NCBI RefSeq assembly: GCF_008831285.2 | Contig: NC_045138.2 | Location: forward strand, 12,834,001 to 12,898,000 | Direction of reading: 5' to 3' | Length of the DNA: 64,000 nt | Origin: Nymphaea colorata | Lineage: Eukaryota | Shown: positions 43,130 to 57,317 of the stretch, piece by piece | Position numbering within the stretch: position 1 is the stretch's first letter | Layout of the letters: each line of letters begins with the position of its first letter | Position numbers and translations under genes: made by a program | Notes under the pieces: model-generated | What the model saw: only the letters and a program-made list of their open reading frames with translations | What the model was told of the DNA's origin: nothing | The model's database searches: none

Positions 43130-46100
43130 TTATTGATGATGAGTATGGAATTATGTTGTAAAGCAGAGAGAAAAGATAGTCTTTCTGGAGTTGAGAGTTT
43201 TAGATCGACACTGACTCCATTTCCCCCATCCGAGAGTGCTGGAGGAGGTCACTGGAGCCCGCATGGAGGTGGCCATGGAGGACGCGGTCCTCTATTTCGA
43301 CACAAACTTTCGCCTGCTGACAAGAGGCAGCACCAACAGGCAACAGATCCTTTGAGGCAGTCGAGGGACATCTGCAAAGCTGCATAGAAGAAGCCCAAAG
43401 ATGGGGAAAAAGGAGTGGTGTCTTCGGGTGAAAGCACAAAAGAGCGAGCGGAATCAGAAGGGAGGACAAACCCTAGTTGCCCATAAGGTAAAGTTTCTTG
43501 GGCATCTATTGCCCGAACTCAAGAGGTTATCCAAAGAGGCCTACTGTAAGACCATTTTGTCCCTGTAACACCTACCAAGCCATTCTAACACTCGGCGATA
43601 GGGGCCTTAACAAGAGAATTTGGCCATGGGAGGCTGGATTACACCTACATCCTGCGCTCATTAGAAGATGTCTGGAATGACATTCCAACGGTAAGATTCA
43701 TGGCGGTGGGCAGAGAGAACTTCATAATTAAAGTTTCATTAGAAGAGGAGCCACAAAGAGTCCTTACCCCAAGAAGGTGGTTCATAGTAGGCAAGATGCT
43801 TGTGGCGAATAGTTGGTGTTCAGGGGACCTGCTCAAGGTGGAAGAAACTAGCCGAGTGAGTATGTGGATTCCCTCAGACTTATTGATGGAGATGTGGAAC
43901 ACTCGACTCTTTAGGGATGTGGCGAACATCATAGGAGCCAGTGTGTAGGTACAGACCTTTTCACCAAGATAATAGATAGATTAGGTTCGTGTGGCTCCTT
44001 ATGGAAGCGCCTCTAGGCTACACACTAGTACGAGAGGTGGAATTGGAAGTGGAGGAAGGCAAATTCGTCAGTCAAGTAATTGAATTCGATGCAGAGTTGA
44101 AATAGTGTCATCACTATTTGTTCAATCAGCCGCTTCCCAACAAGATGTGAGTACTCAAAGCAGCAGAAACAGGACAGCCCTCCCAAAGACAATGAATGGG
44201 GGCAAGTTAAAATTATGTGTAGGAAACCGAAAGCCCCAACCCATCCCACAGAGACGTATGGGGAAGCAGTGTTGAAGGGAACAAACTCTCAATCCTAGCT
44301 AGGGATAGAACTTAGAAGGGACCTTACGAAAGCCATGGATGAGGAAGAGATACAAACTCCTGTTCACAAACATCTCACGACGCAAAGGAAGTGAACTCTA
44401 CACAAACAATCTTGACTCAGATAACTGAGTGACGCAGCAATCACAGGCAAGAAACCGTGAACAAAGCACCCTCTCTATCGGAAGCAAATATGGAGGGCCT
44501 CAGAGAATCTTCCTGGTCTTGAGGACCAAATGGACATAGTCAATGAGGAGTAACGGAAGGAAGGTAAAAGCAGCAGTCATAGTAAGAAGACCAATTCGGC
44601 TAAGGAGAAAGCAAACAAAAGGTCACTAAAGTGTAAATAAATCGGTGCACTCAAGAAAACGCGCCAACACCCTCGCCCCAACCAGTTGTAAGAAGCAAAG
44701 CGATAATCCAGATGGGAAAGAGGAAGAGTAGACAAAATTTAAAGCAAAAACACAAACTGCTAAAAGAATGCTCTGCTAATCAAGAGAACCAACTACCGGA
44801 CTGTGCAAAAGATGCAGAAACGGACACAAGTGAAGTAAAGAATTTCTCAAGATCAAAGTAAGGAATGGCAATGAGAACGCAAGCGGCCACGACAGTAGGG
44901 CCAAGGGTGAGGGTGGCACTGCCCCATCCTAATTCGTGTTTTATCTTGGAGCATAAGGGGCCTTGCTAGAAGGCAGGCCAACAGCTAAAACTGGAAGTTT
45001 ACGGTGATTATGAACACCAAATTCAATGATGAAGCGGTTCAGAGTTTCAGCTTGAAAGTGCCCAACTATGGTATAGTGACAAACATCAGTAAAGGGAATC
45101 CCTGGGCTAGGATCATGGACCTTTGGCATCAGCCATCCATTAGCCTGCAGCAGTACTCCATAAAAAATTACTGGATTTAGCTCCAACTTATCGATATGGC
45201 CACAGGGGAAGCCTTTGCAGTTTTTGGTGCTTACCTTGATCCTGATTTTAAGATAAAGAAAAGCCTACACCCGATCCTAGCCCATGCCATAAAATGATGC
45301 CCCCTTCCCCCATGTTGAATTGGAGATTCCAATTCAACTCCGAAACAGGTTGGAGAAAACAGGTCGAGCACCGAGAATCAGAGCCTGTCTAGCATTTACT
45401 GATTTTGTTGATGAAGGAAGTACGATTGAGATTAATGACACCTCCAATCTCTACTGTTGGTCCAACAACAGGTTTTGCATTGACCATTGTTTTTTAAATG
45501 TGAAATGGGCGGACAAGTTTTTGCCTGAAATGTGGGCATGCTGCCCAGGACAGTATTCGATCACAATAGTCTGGTTATGCACGCCTCTAAAAAGAGGATT
45601 CACTCAGCCAGTAAGCCCGTTTTTCGGTACTTCAACCACTGGGCTTCCTTACAAGAATTTGGGCCAAGAGAACGGACGTGTCATGATTAATTGTTAACTA
45701 AGCTAGGTAAGCTGAAGGATGCTATCACACAACGGGATAAAAAGAACCTATCATTGGTGCAGGTGATTAGCTATCGATCAAATAAGCAGGTAAGTTGGGG
45801 ACCTTGCTGCCATAACAGAGGAGCTCTACATCAGGAAGGCACTTGTCAAATTTGTTATCATGGAAGAACCGATTTGGTGTTAGAGGCCAATGATAAAATA
45901 GATGATAGGGACAGATCTAAAGACTCATGTCATGAAACTACCAAAGGAAAACGAAGAAAAATCAGATTTCGAAAATATGATCGTATCAGGGTGCTGTCAA
46001 GGATTTGCATGATAGTTTTTTTGGCTAGTTCATACCATTTCAATGACTTTCTTGGCATTGTACAGCCGAGCTTCAAAGGAGATTAACGAGGGCTTTATAG

Positions 46101-49100
46101 TTACTTGGTAGGAAAACGCAAGATTGTTAGACGTCACGGAGCGCATACAAGGATCCAGCTTGGACCCAGACGGCTATCCCAAATTCTTTCCTTCCACAGC
46201 ATTAAGTCAAAACTCATGTTTACAACACCATTAAGAATTTCATTTCATCGGGGGCATAGCGAGGAACATCAAGCGTACGCATATCACTCTTTATCTCTAA
46301 AATGGAGAGATTGGAAGGGAAAGGAATGGATGATCATTCCTTTTCCTTTCTTCTCCTTTCCCTCCCCATTCCCTTCCATCCATTCCTTTCCCTCTCTTTC
46401 CCTTCATCCAAACATAGCGTAAGATCCAAGGCGACATGCATATTCACAACTCTGACCAATCTCTTTATGTGACACTCTTTTTAAGTTTATTATCAGGATC
46501 ATGGTAAAGGCATGTGTCCCGTTCTATCTGGGACTATTTCTCCTAATCAAAGTGCATTCTTACAAGGGAGGTGTATTCAAGATGCCTACTTGTTGAATCA
46601 CGCCGTCATCCATAACTTGAGCTCGAGCAAGAGAAATCAATGTGTATTAAGAGCGGTCTCAGCAAGCCACACGATAGAGTCAACTGAAGATTTCTCAGGG
46701 AGGCTCTCTAGCATCCGGATTCCAAGTATGTTGCCCCGACTGTGTCCATAGCCCCGTCAATCAATGGAAGGGAAGGGGAATGGTTCCAACCTAGCTTTGA
46801 CAGTTCTTGACGATCATGGAAATGTTTACACAGAGCCTCGCAAGGAAGTAGCATTTGAGATTACTGAGGCCACCTCCCCTGGGAAAAAAAATGTGAACAT
46901 TTCCAGTCCACCTTCTACGCCAACGATGCTTTGGTATTCACTGAAGGAAGCACTAAGTCTATTGATGAACTGGTGTTGTCTGTTGAACAATACTCAGACA
47001 TGAAACCACTTTCTTCGGGTTCTAAGTGTAGAGGAGATCAAAAAATAGTAAGAGCTCATAGATAGAAGCACGGAAAGCTTCCTACAAAATACCTGAGGCT
47101 CCCACTCTAGCTAAAGAACATCACAGACAACCAATCCACGCAGCTAATTACTAAGGTGGAGGTGAAACTAGCGTCATGGAAGTACTGGCTCCTAACTTAT
47201 ATAGAGTGTGTGTGCCTAATCAAACACATGGTGGCTGGGATCCCACAGTATTGGAGTCGGTACTCAAAGTACCGTCTAATGCTATCAGGCATATCGAGCA
47301 TCTAAGCGCGAAATTCATATGGGGATAGAGATGAAGGTCGTGGATGGCACCAGGTCCAATGGGAAAGATTATGCTTACCTAGGAATGAGGGTGGCATTGG
47401 AATTACGTGACGAGAAGATAGGAATAGACTTATCTCAAGTACTTAGTGTACAAAGCTCACTTTCGACTCAATATGTGCCTCGCTGGTGGGAAGAAAATAC
47501 CTATCCACCAAAACAGATTGACCGCCTGAAAGGCGATTTTCAAGTTCTAGAATAGCATTAGAGAGAATATTTGTTGGAAGTGGAGATCAAGTAAAGTTCT
47601 GGCTTGATGACTAAGCTGGTAGGCCTACCATCAAGAATGTTCCTGTAGAACTGTATAGGCTTGTCGAACAGTCATGCACCCATTGGTTGATGAGATAATA
47701 GAGCACCAGGGATAATGAAACCTTAGTTTTCCCCACAGATTTGATCGCAGCCTCATGAAGCCATCCTAATTGGGTAATAGATCAAATGCATTCAAGTAAA
47801 CCACTGAGTCACGCGAAGGCGCTCGCCCCATTTCTAGACATGCCATATGTTATGCGATGAGGCGCAAGGCAGCATATAGAACTAGAGGAAACACTTATAA
47901 CTAAGCAAATGATACCAAAGAGGTCTGGAACCAATTTATGGAAATGCAAGCTTACCAAAGAATTTTTCAAAGATACCACAAAGAATTTAGTCTGATAGCA
48001 TGATCATGTCAAGCAAGAAGCTGTCATTGGAAGTCTCTCCTAACAGTCAGCCTTAATTTTTCCAATTAGAGGGAATGGATACAACCTCCTACAGGGTGGG
48101 AGACTCTGAAAGAAACAGTGTAGTCTTGATCTCTTAATGCTTTTGCTTGGTTTTCCCAAATCCTCTAAAGAGGCTTGTGGTTTTTTGGTCCCATTTTTGC
48201 CCTGTAAATACCATTCTTCGGCAATAAATTCAGGGGCCATGCGCAGCAGAGGTTTTCCTGAAAAGATGTTGCTCGTGCGAATCACCCAAATAATAGATAT
48301 GACGACTGATGGAAATGTTGCATAGTCATTTCATTATGGATGATATGTTATTGGGAGATGAGACAACATTGAGGCACCTATAAAGTGGTTTTGTGAACTA
48401 CATCTCGATAGTTTCAGCTGAAAAAGTTGCTATTTGTTTATAGGCTACCAGTCGTGCATGGTTGAAGACTAGTTTCGATGTTCTCTCAAAGAAATTATCA
48501 AGTCTGATATATGAATTTCTTAGGTGTATGGGAGTGGAAAGACCTTGCATTCTTAACAATGCTGACTGCATTCGGTTTAATAATATTCCAGTTCAAGACC
48601 TTGTCTCTCAGACTGTTTGGAAGCGCACGTAAAAGACATGAAGAAAAATGGCGGGGAATAGGTCTGGTATGTTCCAACAAATCCACGCGCCCAATGGTTC
48701 ACTTATCCAGCTTGCAAGGGAAGACTACCCATGCTAGATAGACTCCAACGTAAGGGAGTTCATTTGGCAAATTGTTGCTTCATCTGCCAAGCAGATGGAG
48801 AATCCATAAACCACCTGCTGTTCCAATGCCAATTTGCTGCTAAATTATGGGACTTAGCTAGGAAGAAATTCCACAAACAGAACCAGCCTCACCATAATGT
48901 CATCAGGGAGATCAAGAAATGGTTTTCTTCCAGATTCAAAAGAAGGTGGGTGACAAGGTGTTGGAAAATACGTTTTGGGGTAATCATCTGGAATACTTAG
49001 TCCAGAAGAAACCACATAGTTCATGACAAGAACAAATTTAACTTTAATCCTGCAGTTCAGACAGTTTGGAGAAACTGTGAAGACAGCTGGATTGCTGCAG

Positions 49101-49600
49101 AGTCCAAGGACGAGGAGCGGATTTCCATTAGAAGTTGGGAGAGAACTGGGTGTTTGGCTGGAAGATGGCGACCTCTCTGTCCAAATCATGTGTTCATTCA
49201 AATTGTTTCTCATTGCAATGGAAACAGGAAGTGTGCAGCTTATGGCATAAAGAGACGTGGAGAAGATTGTCAGTAGTGGTTTACAAGAGTTTGTTGAATA
49301 CAACATAACTCCGGAAACTGGTTTTCTTATTCATATGTTAAGATTTGTTGAGGTGGCGCAGGTCTCAGGGATGGTTCTCATATCCAACCAGAAACGATGG
49401 CTCCGATGGCTGGGCGATTGCTTCAACGGAAGATGCGTTCTTGCCACTGAATTCAGTTCTTTGTCTGCCATATCTTTCAAAATTCAATTCTCCTTTGAGG
49501 ATCCTACCCTGGAGATTGCATCCTTACTACTCAAAGTGTTCTAAAGCCTCTTCTTCATTTAGGGTATCCTGTTTTGGCCTAATTCGGCTCTCTGTATTAC
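43130..49600 (+). mobile_element. Heavily decayed L1-type LINE
   Basis: ORF1-like fragments lie at 43600-43950. Then follow RT-like ISPNQSAFLQGRCIQD (46512+), LPTKYL and KLASWK fragments (about 47080-47250), and the zf-RVT motif DRLQRKGVHLANCCFICQADGESINHLLFQC (48731-49000). Order is colinear with L1; the ends are approximate. Confidence 0.8.
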
Positions 49601-50298
49601 ATTTTGTTCAGTTTGTTTTTGACTGTACAGATTTTGATTGTTTATTCAATCGGAAGGTAGCCTCCAACTGGATCGTTTCTTCTTCAGTCGTGCATGGTCA
49701 AGCTTGACAATGTCAGAAATATTTCCGATAACCCACAAAACAGTAGATATGGACTGATTTTTGTAAACATATTTTTTTTAAGTCCTTTATTGTATTATAT
49801 ATATATATATAAAGGGAGGAGGAGGTGGTGGTCTCCTCCGCCGGCCAACAGCAGCACCAAGCAGGGCGCCAAACGACTGCTTGGGAGCAGCCGTCGGCCG
49901 GTGGGAGGGAGGAATCCCCTTATCCCTTCCATGTTAGGGTTGAAAAAACGTAAGGGAGAGGGGTTCTTGTGGTCATGCATAATCAAAGATGATCAAAATC
50001 ACAGGACAAGAAAGTTCACTGGTCGTCTGGTCCGATCAAAGTCACATGCCCTAAGAAACCGCTAATCAATCCGAACAAGTTGCATAATTAATACAGAAGA
50101 CAACCCAACCCACTAGATAATTTGCTTTCACGATGATCTTCCAAATGAAGCCAGATTTTTCTCTGCAGGTACAAATGCCTTGCAGCAAAGAACTTCCAAA
50201 AAAAAAAAAAAATGAAAAAATGAAAAAATCTCCACATCAAATAGGGTATATAGCAGTCTGACACGGTAAAGTCTGATACACGAACATGAACACAAACA

Positions 50299-50332
<34 letters not shown>

Positions 50333-50905
50333 ATGATCACGATGCAAAAAAATGAAGATAACCTCAATAAATAGCAATGCGAAAGTTGTAAAGAAAACCT
50401 CCCCACGATGTAGCAGGGGATAAATCTGTCAAGAAACTTATAACAAAGTAATACTGTATCAGCTTCCCCAAGATCTACAAAGTGCACTTCTACAGTAATT
50501 TTGTTATATTTCTCAGTTTCTCTTATTATTTTCAAGAATTGCTAGCCTTAAAAATTTGCCATGCTCTTGAAGAATGCTCTCGTTGATTTATTTCAGCATT
50601 GTTACACATCCGCATTGTACAATTGTTTTCCATGCAATAACAAAGCCAAAGAAAACCTGCAAAACTACTCATTATCCAGGCAGCAACCCAAAATCCTGCA
50701 GAAAAGAGAAAAATCAACATAGAAGAGGGAAAGAATGACAAGTAATACCCAAAACAAAAGCAGGTAAAATTACCTTTGATGCAGCCCAAATAAATATTCG
50801 GATAATGGCCACTGTAGCCAAAATGAATGAAACAGAACTGCAACCTCAATATGCCTGAGTTTGAGGACACCATATTCCTCGGCCGCCGTCCTTTTTCATA
50901 GTGTC

Positions 50906-53900
50906 CTAAGAAGTAGAATTAGATTTTAGCTTTCGTTTGGAATCCAATGATGCCAAGCCAGCACCTAGCCCGACAGGTGTCTGAACTTCCTGACCAACAG
51001 TCAAGCCATCATCTTTACTGCTTCCATTTGCAAGACAATTATTGGTTTCAATGGGTTGTGCATCAGTGGCACCAGAATTGATGATGCTGAGTAGCTGTGT
51101 TAGTTGTGGCAACGTCTGGACTGAAATACCCTGAGGACGGATGAGCAGCCCCCTTGCAGCAGCCTTTTTTCTAACTTCTGCAGCAGCACGAGCAGCTCTT
51201 TCATCAACCCCTCTTCCTCGGGGGATGGCATCACCCATCATTGCAGCACTGAGGTTCTTGTTCATGGGTGTGCCACTACTCGCAGACCCTCCAGCTGCTA
51301 CTTGGAACGCTTGCATAAGATCAGGATGTGCCTACAAGGACTCCAGGTTAGTTAGAGGCAATGAAACTCGAAAAATCTACTCTTGACCCAAAACATGTCA
51401 ACAATAAAATGCCAAATAGTTAAATAAGAACAAAGTAGAAACATAAGAAAAAATATGCGACAATTTTTTGTATCAAACAAATAAAAATGAATATTTAATA
51501 GCAAATACATTCAGGCCCAAATAGATAGTATATTTTTCAGCGCATATCAGAATTAAAGTAACCCAAAAGGATTTTGCAGTTCATGTTAAGTCATACTGGA
51601 TCTGGACCTGGGTCTAAATCCAATTCACTCAACCTCAGTTTTCTGTATTATCATAATGACCGTACATAACTTTTTTATGATAGGGGGGTATTGTCAAGCC
51701 GTGTAATGGTGGTGTAACTCTATAAATTAGTAAAACCAAGCCAACTGGTGTAACTCTATTTATAATATGGCCAGGCATTTTTCTTTTCTTTTTTTTGGTA
51801 ACGCCTGCCATAATGGTATGTTCGGTACCCACATTAGCTTATTCATCTCTGCATATATGACGTCATTTCTCTTAGGATTGAAGGCCAATCAATAAAACCA
51901 AAACCCCTAATTCAAGAGAATGCAATTAGGACGGAAATAAATCAAGAGAATGCAATTAGGACGGAATATGGTATGTTAGGTATTACTTAAAATTTTTAAG
52001 GGCAAACATGGTATGGAAAACTAAGAAGGGCATAGCAGGCATTTAATAAAATGTGGAGCGAAGAAGTGCAATGCATAGGGTCAGCTTCATGTGATTTTAG
52101 GCAATGTTCAATCGCATTTGTTGTATGACATTCCCCATTTATTAGACACTGCACAGTTAACGTTGATGTCATGATTTATTCCATATGTTTACTTAAATGG
52201 TTTTTTGTTATGCTTTTATTCCCCCGTAATTGACGTTTTATTGTTAAATGTGACTGCATCTTGATAGCCATAACTAATATTAATTGTTGGAACTAGAGTT
52301 CTAGTTTGATGCGATTCATGAGTCAACAGAGTCGTGCATGACACTACTATCCATGACTAAATTGACAAAATATATGAGTTAAGATCGATGGACGTTCAAT
52401 CACTATAGGTTTACGACGGCCACATGGTTGAAAGTTGGCAGGGGAAATCATTTCATGATAATTGAATTCATTTACTAATAGTTACAATCTTATTTTGATG
52501 GCATGATCGAATCTTTATGTATGCCTAAATGAAGTGGAATGATTGAACATACAGGTAAGGGATCGGCTATGTCTGGAAGTTGGCAGCAGATGATCCCACA
52601 ATTCTTTCACGAGAAAGTTATTACTTAACACTACAAACTGGTAAACAGCATGCCTCATGGGAAATGACTAAAACCAGTCCCAAACTTCGACTGATTGAAT
52701 CCATTCCCCATAAATAATATATGTGCGAGTGTGTGTTCAAGAACATATAAGAACCCAATGCAGGGCTTGTTTAGGATCATCACATAATCGTGCACACTCT
52801 AGGCACAAAGCAGAACACAATATTTACAAAGGCTAACAAGGGTCAAACTGACAGCCTTTTAATCTCTCAAAATGCTTAGGGAAGCACTCAAAGCAAGAGT
52901 AACCCAACGCTGTAAAAAACATATTGTAACACATATCGGTAAGGTTAATTGATACTTTGTATCGCAAGGTATCGTATCATATCATAAATTTATCGTAAAA
53001 CTATAATTCAAAAAATCAGAAAAAATAGAGAAAGAATTAGGAAAATATCAAGAAAAAAAATTGTGGCTGATTCCATGCAACAAAGAGGTTTCATGACTTC
53101 TTACAGAAGAGCCTATGTTTGTCTTCCAAATAAGAAAAAATGCAAATAATCATTCATATAATGCCAAAAAAAAATCATAATCAAGGTTTATTATAAATAT
53201 GCAAACCAACATAGGCAATAATGTTTATATTAAATTTAAAGTATGCTATAGTACATTTCAGCTTTGTAGATTTGTTTGGCACATAAACCTTGTGCTAGCT
53301 ATTAGTGAATCCATACACGCTCACAAATTACATATGACTAGTAGAACTCATGAAATATGAGACCCGTTATGTGTTGCTCAATTCTACAGATTGGGATGAT
53401 ACATGCTATCTTCTCAGAAGTACTTTTAAAAGCCAAATTGACAGCTCAAAATCATTCTTTAAATGAAAAGAATCAGAGAAAATCAAGAAAAATCAAGAAA
53501 CAAAATTATGGGTAATTCCATTTTCATGGTTTTGACCTGTACTGCATGATACATATATGATACACCATCTATTGATGGTGTCTCGTATTGTAAAATTAAA
53601 AAAGAGACGATATGTATCATATGATGCAACTCCATATTGTACGACATACAACAATGGAGTAATCCCTCCCAGTGTCATCCATATCGCACGATACATATCG
53701 TATATGTTTCAAAAACCTATATGATATGCCTACGATACACGATACCTGTATCGTATGATATGGGGATAAGATGATTTTTTTTTTTTTTTTTTTTTTACAA
53801 AATAACCTCTTACTTCTTCTTTCTAAACATGTCTAAAAGTTGTGAGAGGGGGAAGTTTTACTAGTCATTCTATAAAAATTGCCCATTTATGTGATAAATC

Positions 53901-56900
53901 ATTGATTTAGGGTCTGACGGGTGGAGAAGAAGGTTTACTCATGGCCCCATGGGGACGATGAGACATTGAGTGATGATAATCATTATATATTATATGTTGT
54001 GAACTTGTAATGTAATCTAAAACACTTTTAAAGTTTAAACATTAAAGTTGTAATAGACGCTTATTATGTTATTATGAATTTCTTATTTCTCATTTCTAAA
54101 TGTGTTGTTAATATATTATGGTTTATGAATGATGTGATGAGTTTTTCTATATAGAACACATTTTTCAGAAACTTTCTTTGTTTTTCCTGATTTTACCGAT
54201 TTTTTCTAATTTTCCTATTTTTAAAATTTTTTATGAATTAAAAAATTAAATTTACAATATGCTACACTATGTTTACGATACGTTACGATAATGTGTTATG
54301 ACTATGATCTGTCCATTACATACATGAATACTTCTATAAACATCAAGCATCAATTACTAACATTTCCAGATGCTAACACTTTTTTTTTTCGTAATATGAA
54401 TACTATTGATGCTTTGTTATGGTTACACTACTTTCTTTTCTTATTTTAAAGACTCACTTCTCTATCAAATTAGAAAAGAAGGCAATGCTAACTGAGCCTT
54501 TGTTCTATTTTGGTTAGATAATAAATGGAAGAAGGAAGGATGACCACACCACTTCCTTGCTTTATATATATACATACATATATGCATTGTCTAGTCAAGC
54601 CAAAATAGAGTTACTTAGTGTCTTAATCACTAAAAGGTTTCTTGCAAAAAGGAGGAGAAGAGGCCCCCAGGAGTCTGGGTCAGTGGGATTGACCTCATTC
54701 TCTTTATCATATATCATTTTGCAATTTACAGTAGTGACAAATTCACATTGACTACATTGACATCCAATATGTACAACCAACGTAACCACATATCTAAGCA
54801 CAACAAGCTGTTTCACTGAGCAGATCCAAGCATAACTGAATATATGCCTTAACGGCATCCTTCAAAGTTACACATGATCTTGGACTGCGGACAATTTGCT
54901 CTTTAGAATCTCAGATACCAAACTAATTGATTTACCAATTCTTTTGCAAACAACTCAGCCACTTAATGCTCCATAAAAAAGAAAATGAGGTTCAATCTAC
55001 GTGTTTTTGCCTTTTTACCTCACAAAGTGTCTATCGCCTTTCTACTTCATGAGAACATAAAGTATGAAAAAAATAATATATTTATAGTACTTTGATTATC
55101 ACATAAAGAGTGACATCAAAACATGTTCTCGCAATTCTGTTAGCAAATATCTGACACATGCCACCTCAGCAATAACTGTAACCTATAACCATGGACTTGG
55201 CTTCAGTGACCAATTTAGTGACAGTCCTTTGTTTTATACTACTCCAGAACACCATTTTTTTTCAAGGAATATGCTTTAACCAAAAACTAATATCCTCTAA
55301 TCAGGATCACATGCTCAATTTGCATCTACATAAGTAATTCAATTCATGTAATCCCTTAGCTGGCTATTCTTTCGATAAAGAAGTTCATTCCCATTGTTCC
55401 TTTCAAGTATCTCAAAATACTTACAACATCCACATGCACAGGCACTGATTCGTGCAACTACATGCACTAGGATAGGTAAAAATGAGGTATTTGGAGCATA
55501 CCAAGTATGCCGAAACACCATCTAGGGTCATTATACAAATCTCCATTTGTGATTCAATTGTAGCTAAAAGCTTGCAATCTTTCATTCAATAGTTACCAAT
55601 GAAAATTATATCATCATAAGTAACAAGGTAATCCTATCCTCAATGCAAAACAAAAAGGAAGTGATTCGGCAATGTTGTGCATTGTGTAAGTTGAAATGTT
55701 ATGGTAAACTATGCCATAATTTTGGTTACATCAAAATTAGTATATATACATAAGATATTAGGCCATAAAACTATGTTTTTAAGGAAACTTTTGATGTTTC
55801 ATCGCTTTACTTCTATTTTTCTTGAGCAACTTCTCACTCAAATTCAAAAGGCTGTACAGTAAATTAAAAGAAAAAACTATAATCATAAACATGAACAACA
55901 GGTGAGATCAAAGACACACCTACTTCCACATTCCTGATTAATTTATAGTCACCAACAGTTTTATTATAAGGCAATCCATTGACATACCTTTAGAATATCT
56001 ATAGCCTTTTGGGTAGATGCAGCACTGGCAATTTGCCCTTTCTGCTTCTGTGCATTAACCTGTACAACAAAATTATTGCCCATTTAAGTTCAAAATGTAT
56101 TTGTCAAACAATCAGGTCGCAGAACAAAACAGTGTAATAACCTGGATATCTCGCAATTTAAATGTATTTATCCAGTTCTGTGAATCGCGAGTTCTTGAGT
56201 CATCTTCACCAAGTTGTTTAACAAGTATGTCATACGTTCGCCTTTCATGCTACAGAATAATGAGATAAAACATAAATGATGGGTTCAAAAGAAATTTCTT
56301 ACAGGTAGATTATTGTCATTGCGTACATAACTAAACACATACTTGTAGAGACAGCTTGTATGCTCCTATGCAGTTGAATGCAATGGCAAGTGCATGATAG
56401 CAGACTGCTGTTTGTATATGCTCTTGACCTAGAAGACGTTCATTCTTTTTCAAGGCTTCTTGCAAATATCGTAATGCAATATTCATTTTCCCAATATCCT
56501 GGTACATCATCGCCACATTTATAAATGTTGCAGCTACATCAGGATGATCTGATCCACATGACAAGCTTAACAGCAGCAATGTCCGAGACATATATCTTAG
56601 AGCAAGCTCAGTTTGGTTAAGGCCATGATAAAATAATGCCATGTTGCCGTAGCTGAAATTGAAGTGTTCAGAAGAACAATTAGTAGATAAAATAAATGCA
56701 AAACAAACATTACACACAGATGTGCATCATTAGAAAAATAATTTATACCAATGACGTGTAGAACCTATTGCGTGAAAATTACAATTTCTATACAAGCATG
56801 ACTCATGTGATCAATAAAATTTGCTTAGAAGAAATTACTTAATCATGTGCTTGAGAGATATGATCAGGATTTTCAAGTTGAAATTACGAGTTTAAGATCT

Positions 56901-57280
56901 GCTAAAACTTAATGACCTACTGAAAGGGGAAAGCTATGTCACACGAAATTTGATGCAGGGTATGGGTGGGAGTGCAGATGTAGTTGGGGCAGTGTCATTT
57001 TTCAAAAAGTCTAGGACTCTAGGCTGTGGTAATCATGTTACATAAATAAATAGATATATACCTATGTAACACGGGTACTGCTCCATACCCGCACCGTACT
57101 GGTAGGGGTATGGGGATGTACTCGGGTACGCCCTGGGTACTCCATTGACCGTACATGCTCGAATACGAATCCATCCATTTTCGGACTCGGTCAAAGTTGA
57201 CCGAGTCCAAAAGCATCTATAGTTAGGGTCGTCGCACGTTTTAATTATCCGCCTCTCACGAGGGATGCCCGCTCGCTGTC

Positions 57281-57317
<37 letters not shown>

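Noticed and set aside
42168..43161. Long ORFs of 104-213 aa on both strands
   Set aside because: They are low-complexity translations of the GC-rich MITE minisatellite, with no domain signature.
46286..46420. Purine/pyrimidine inverted segment as a miRNA precursor
   Set aside because: It is low complexity and ends in TCCAAACATAGC, which is more like a truncated MITE inside the LINE.
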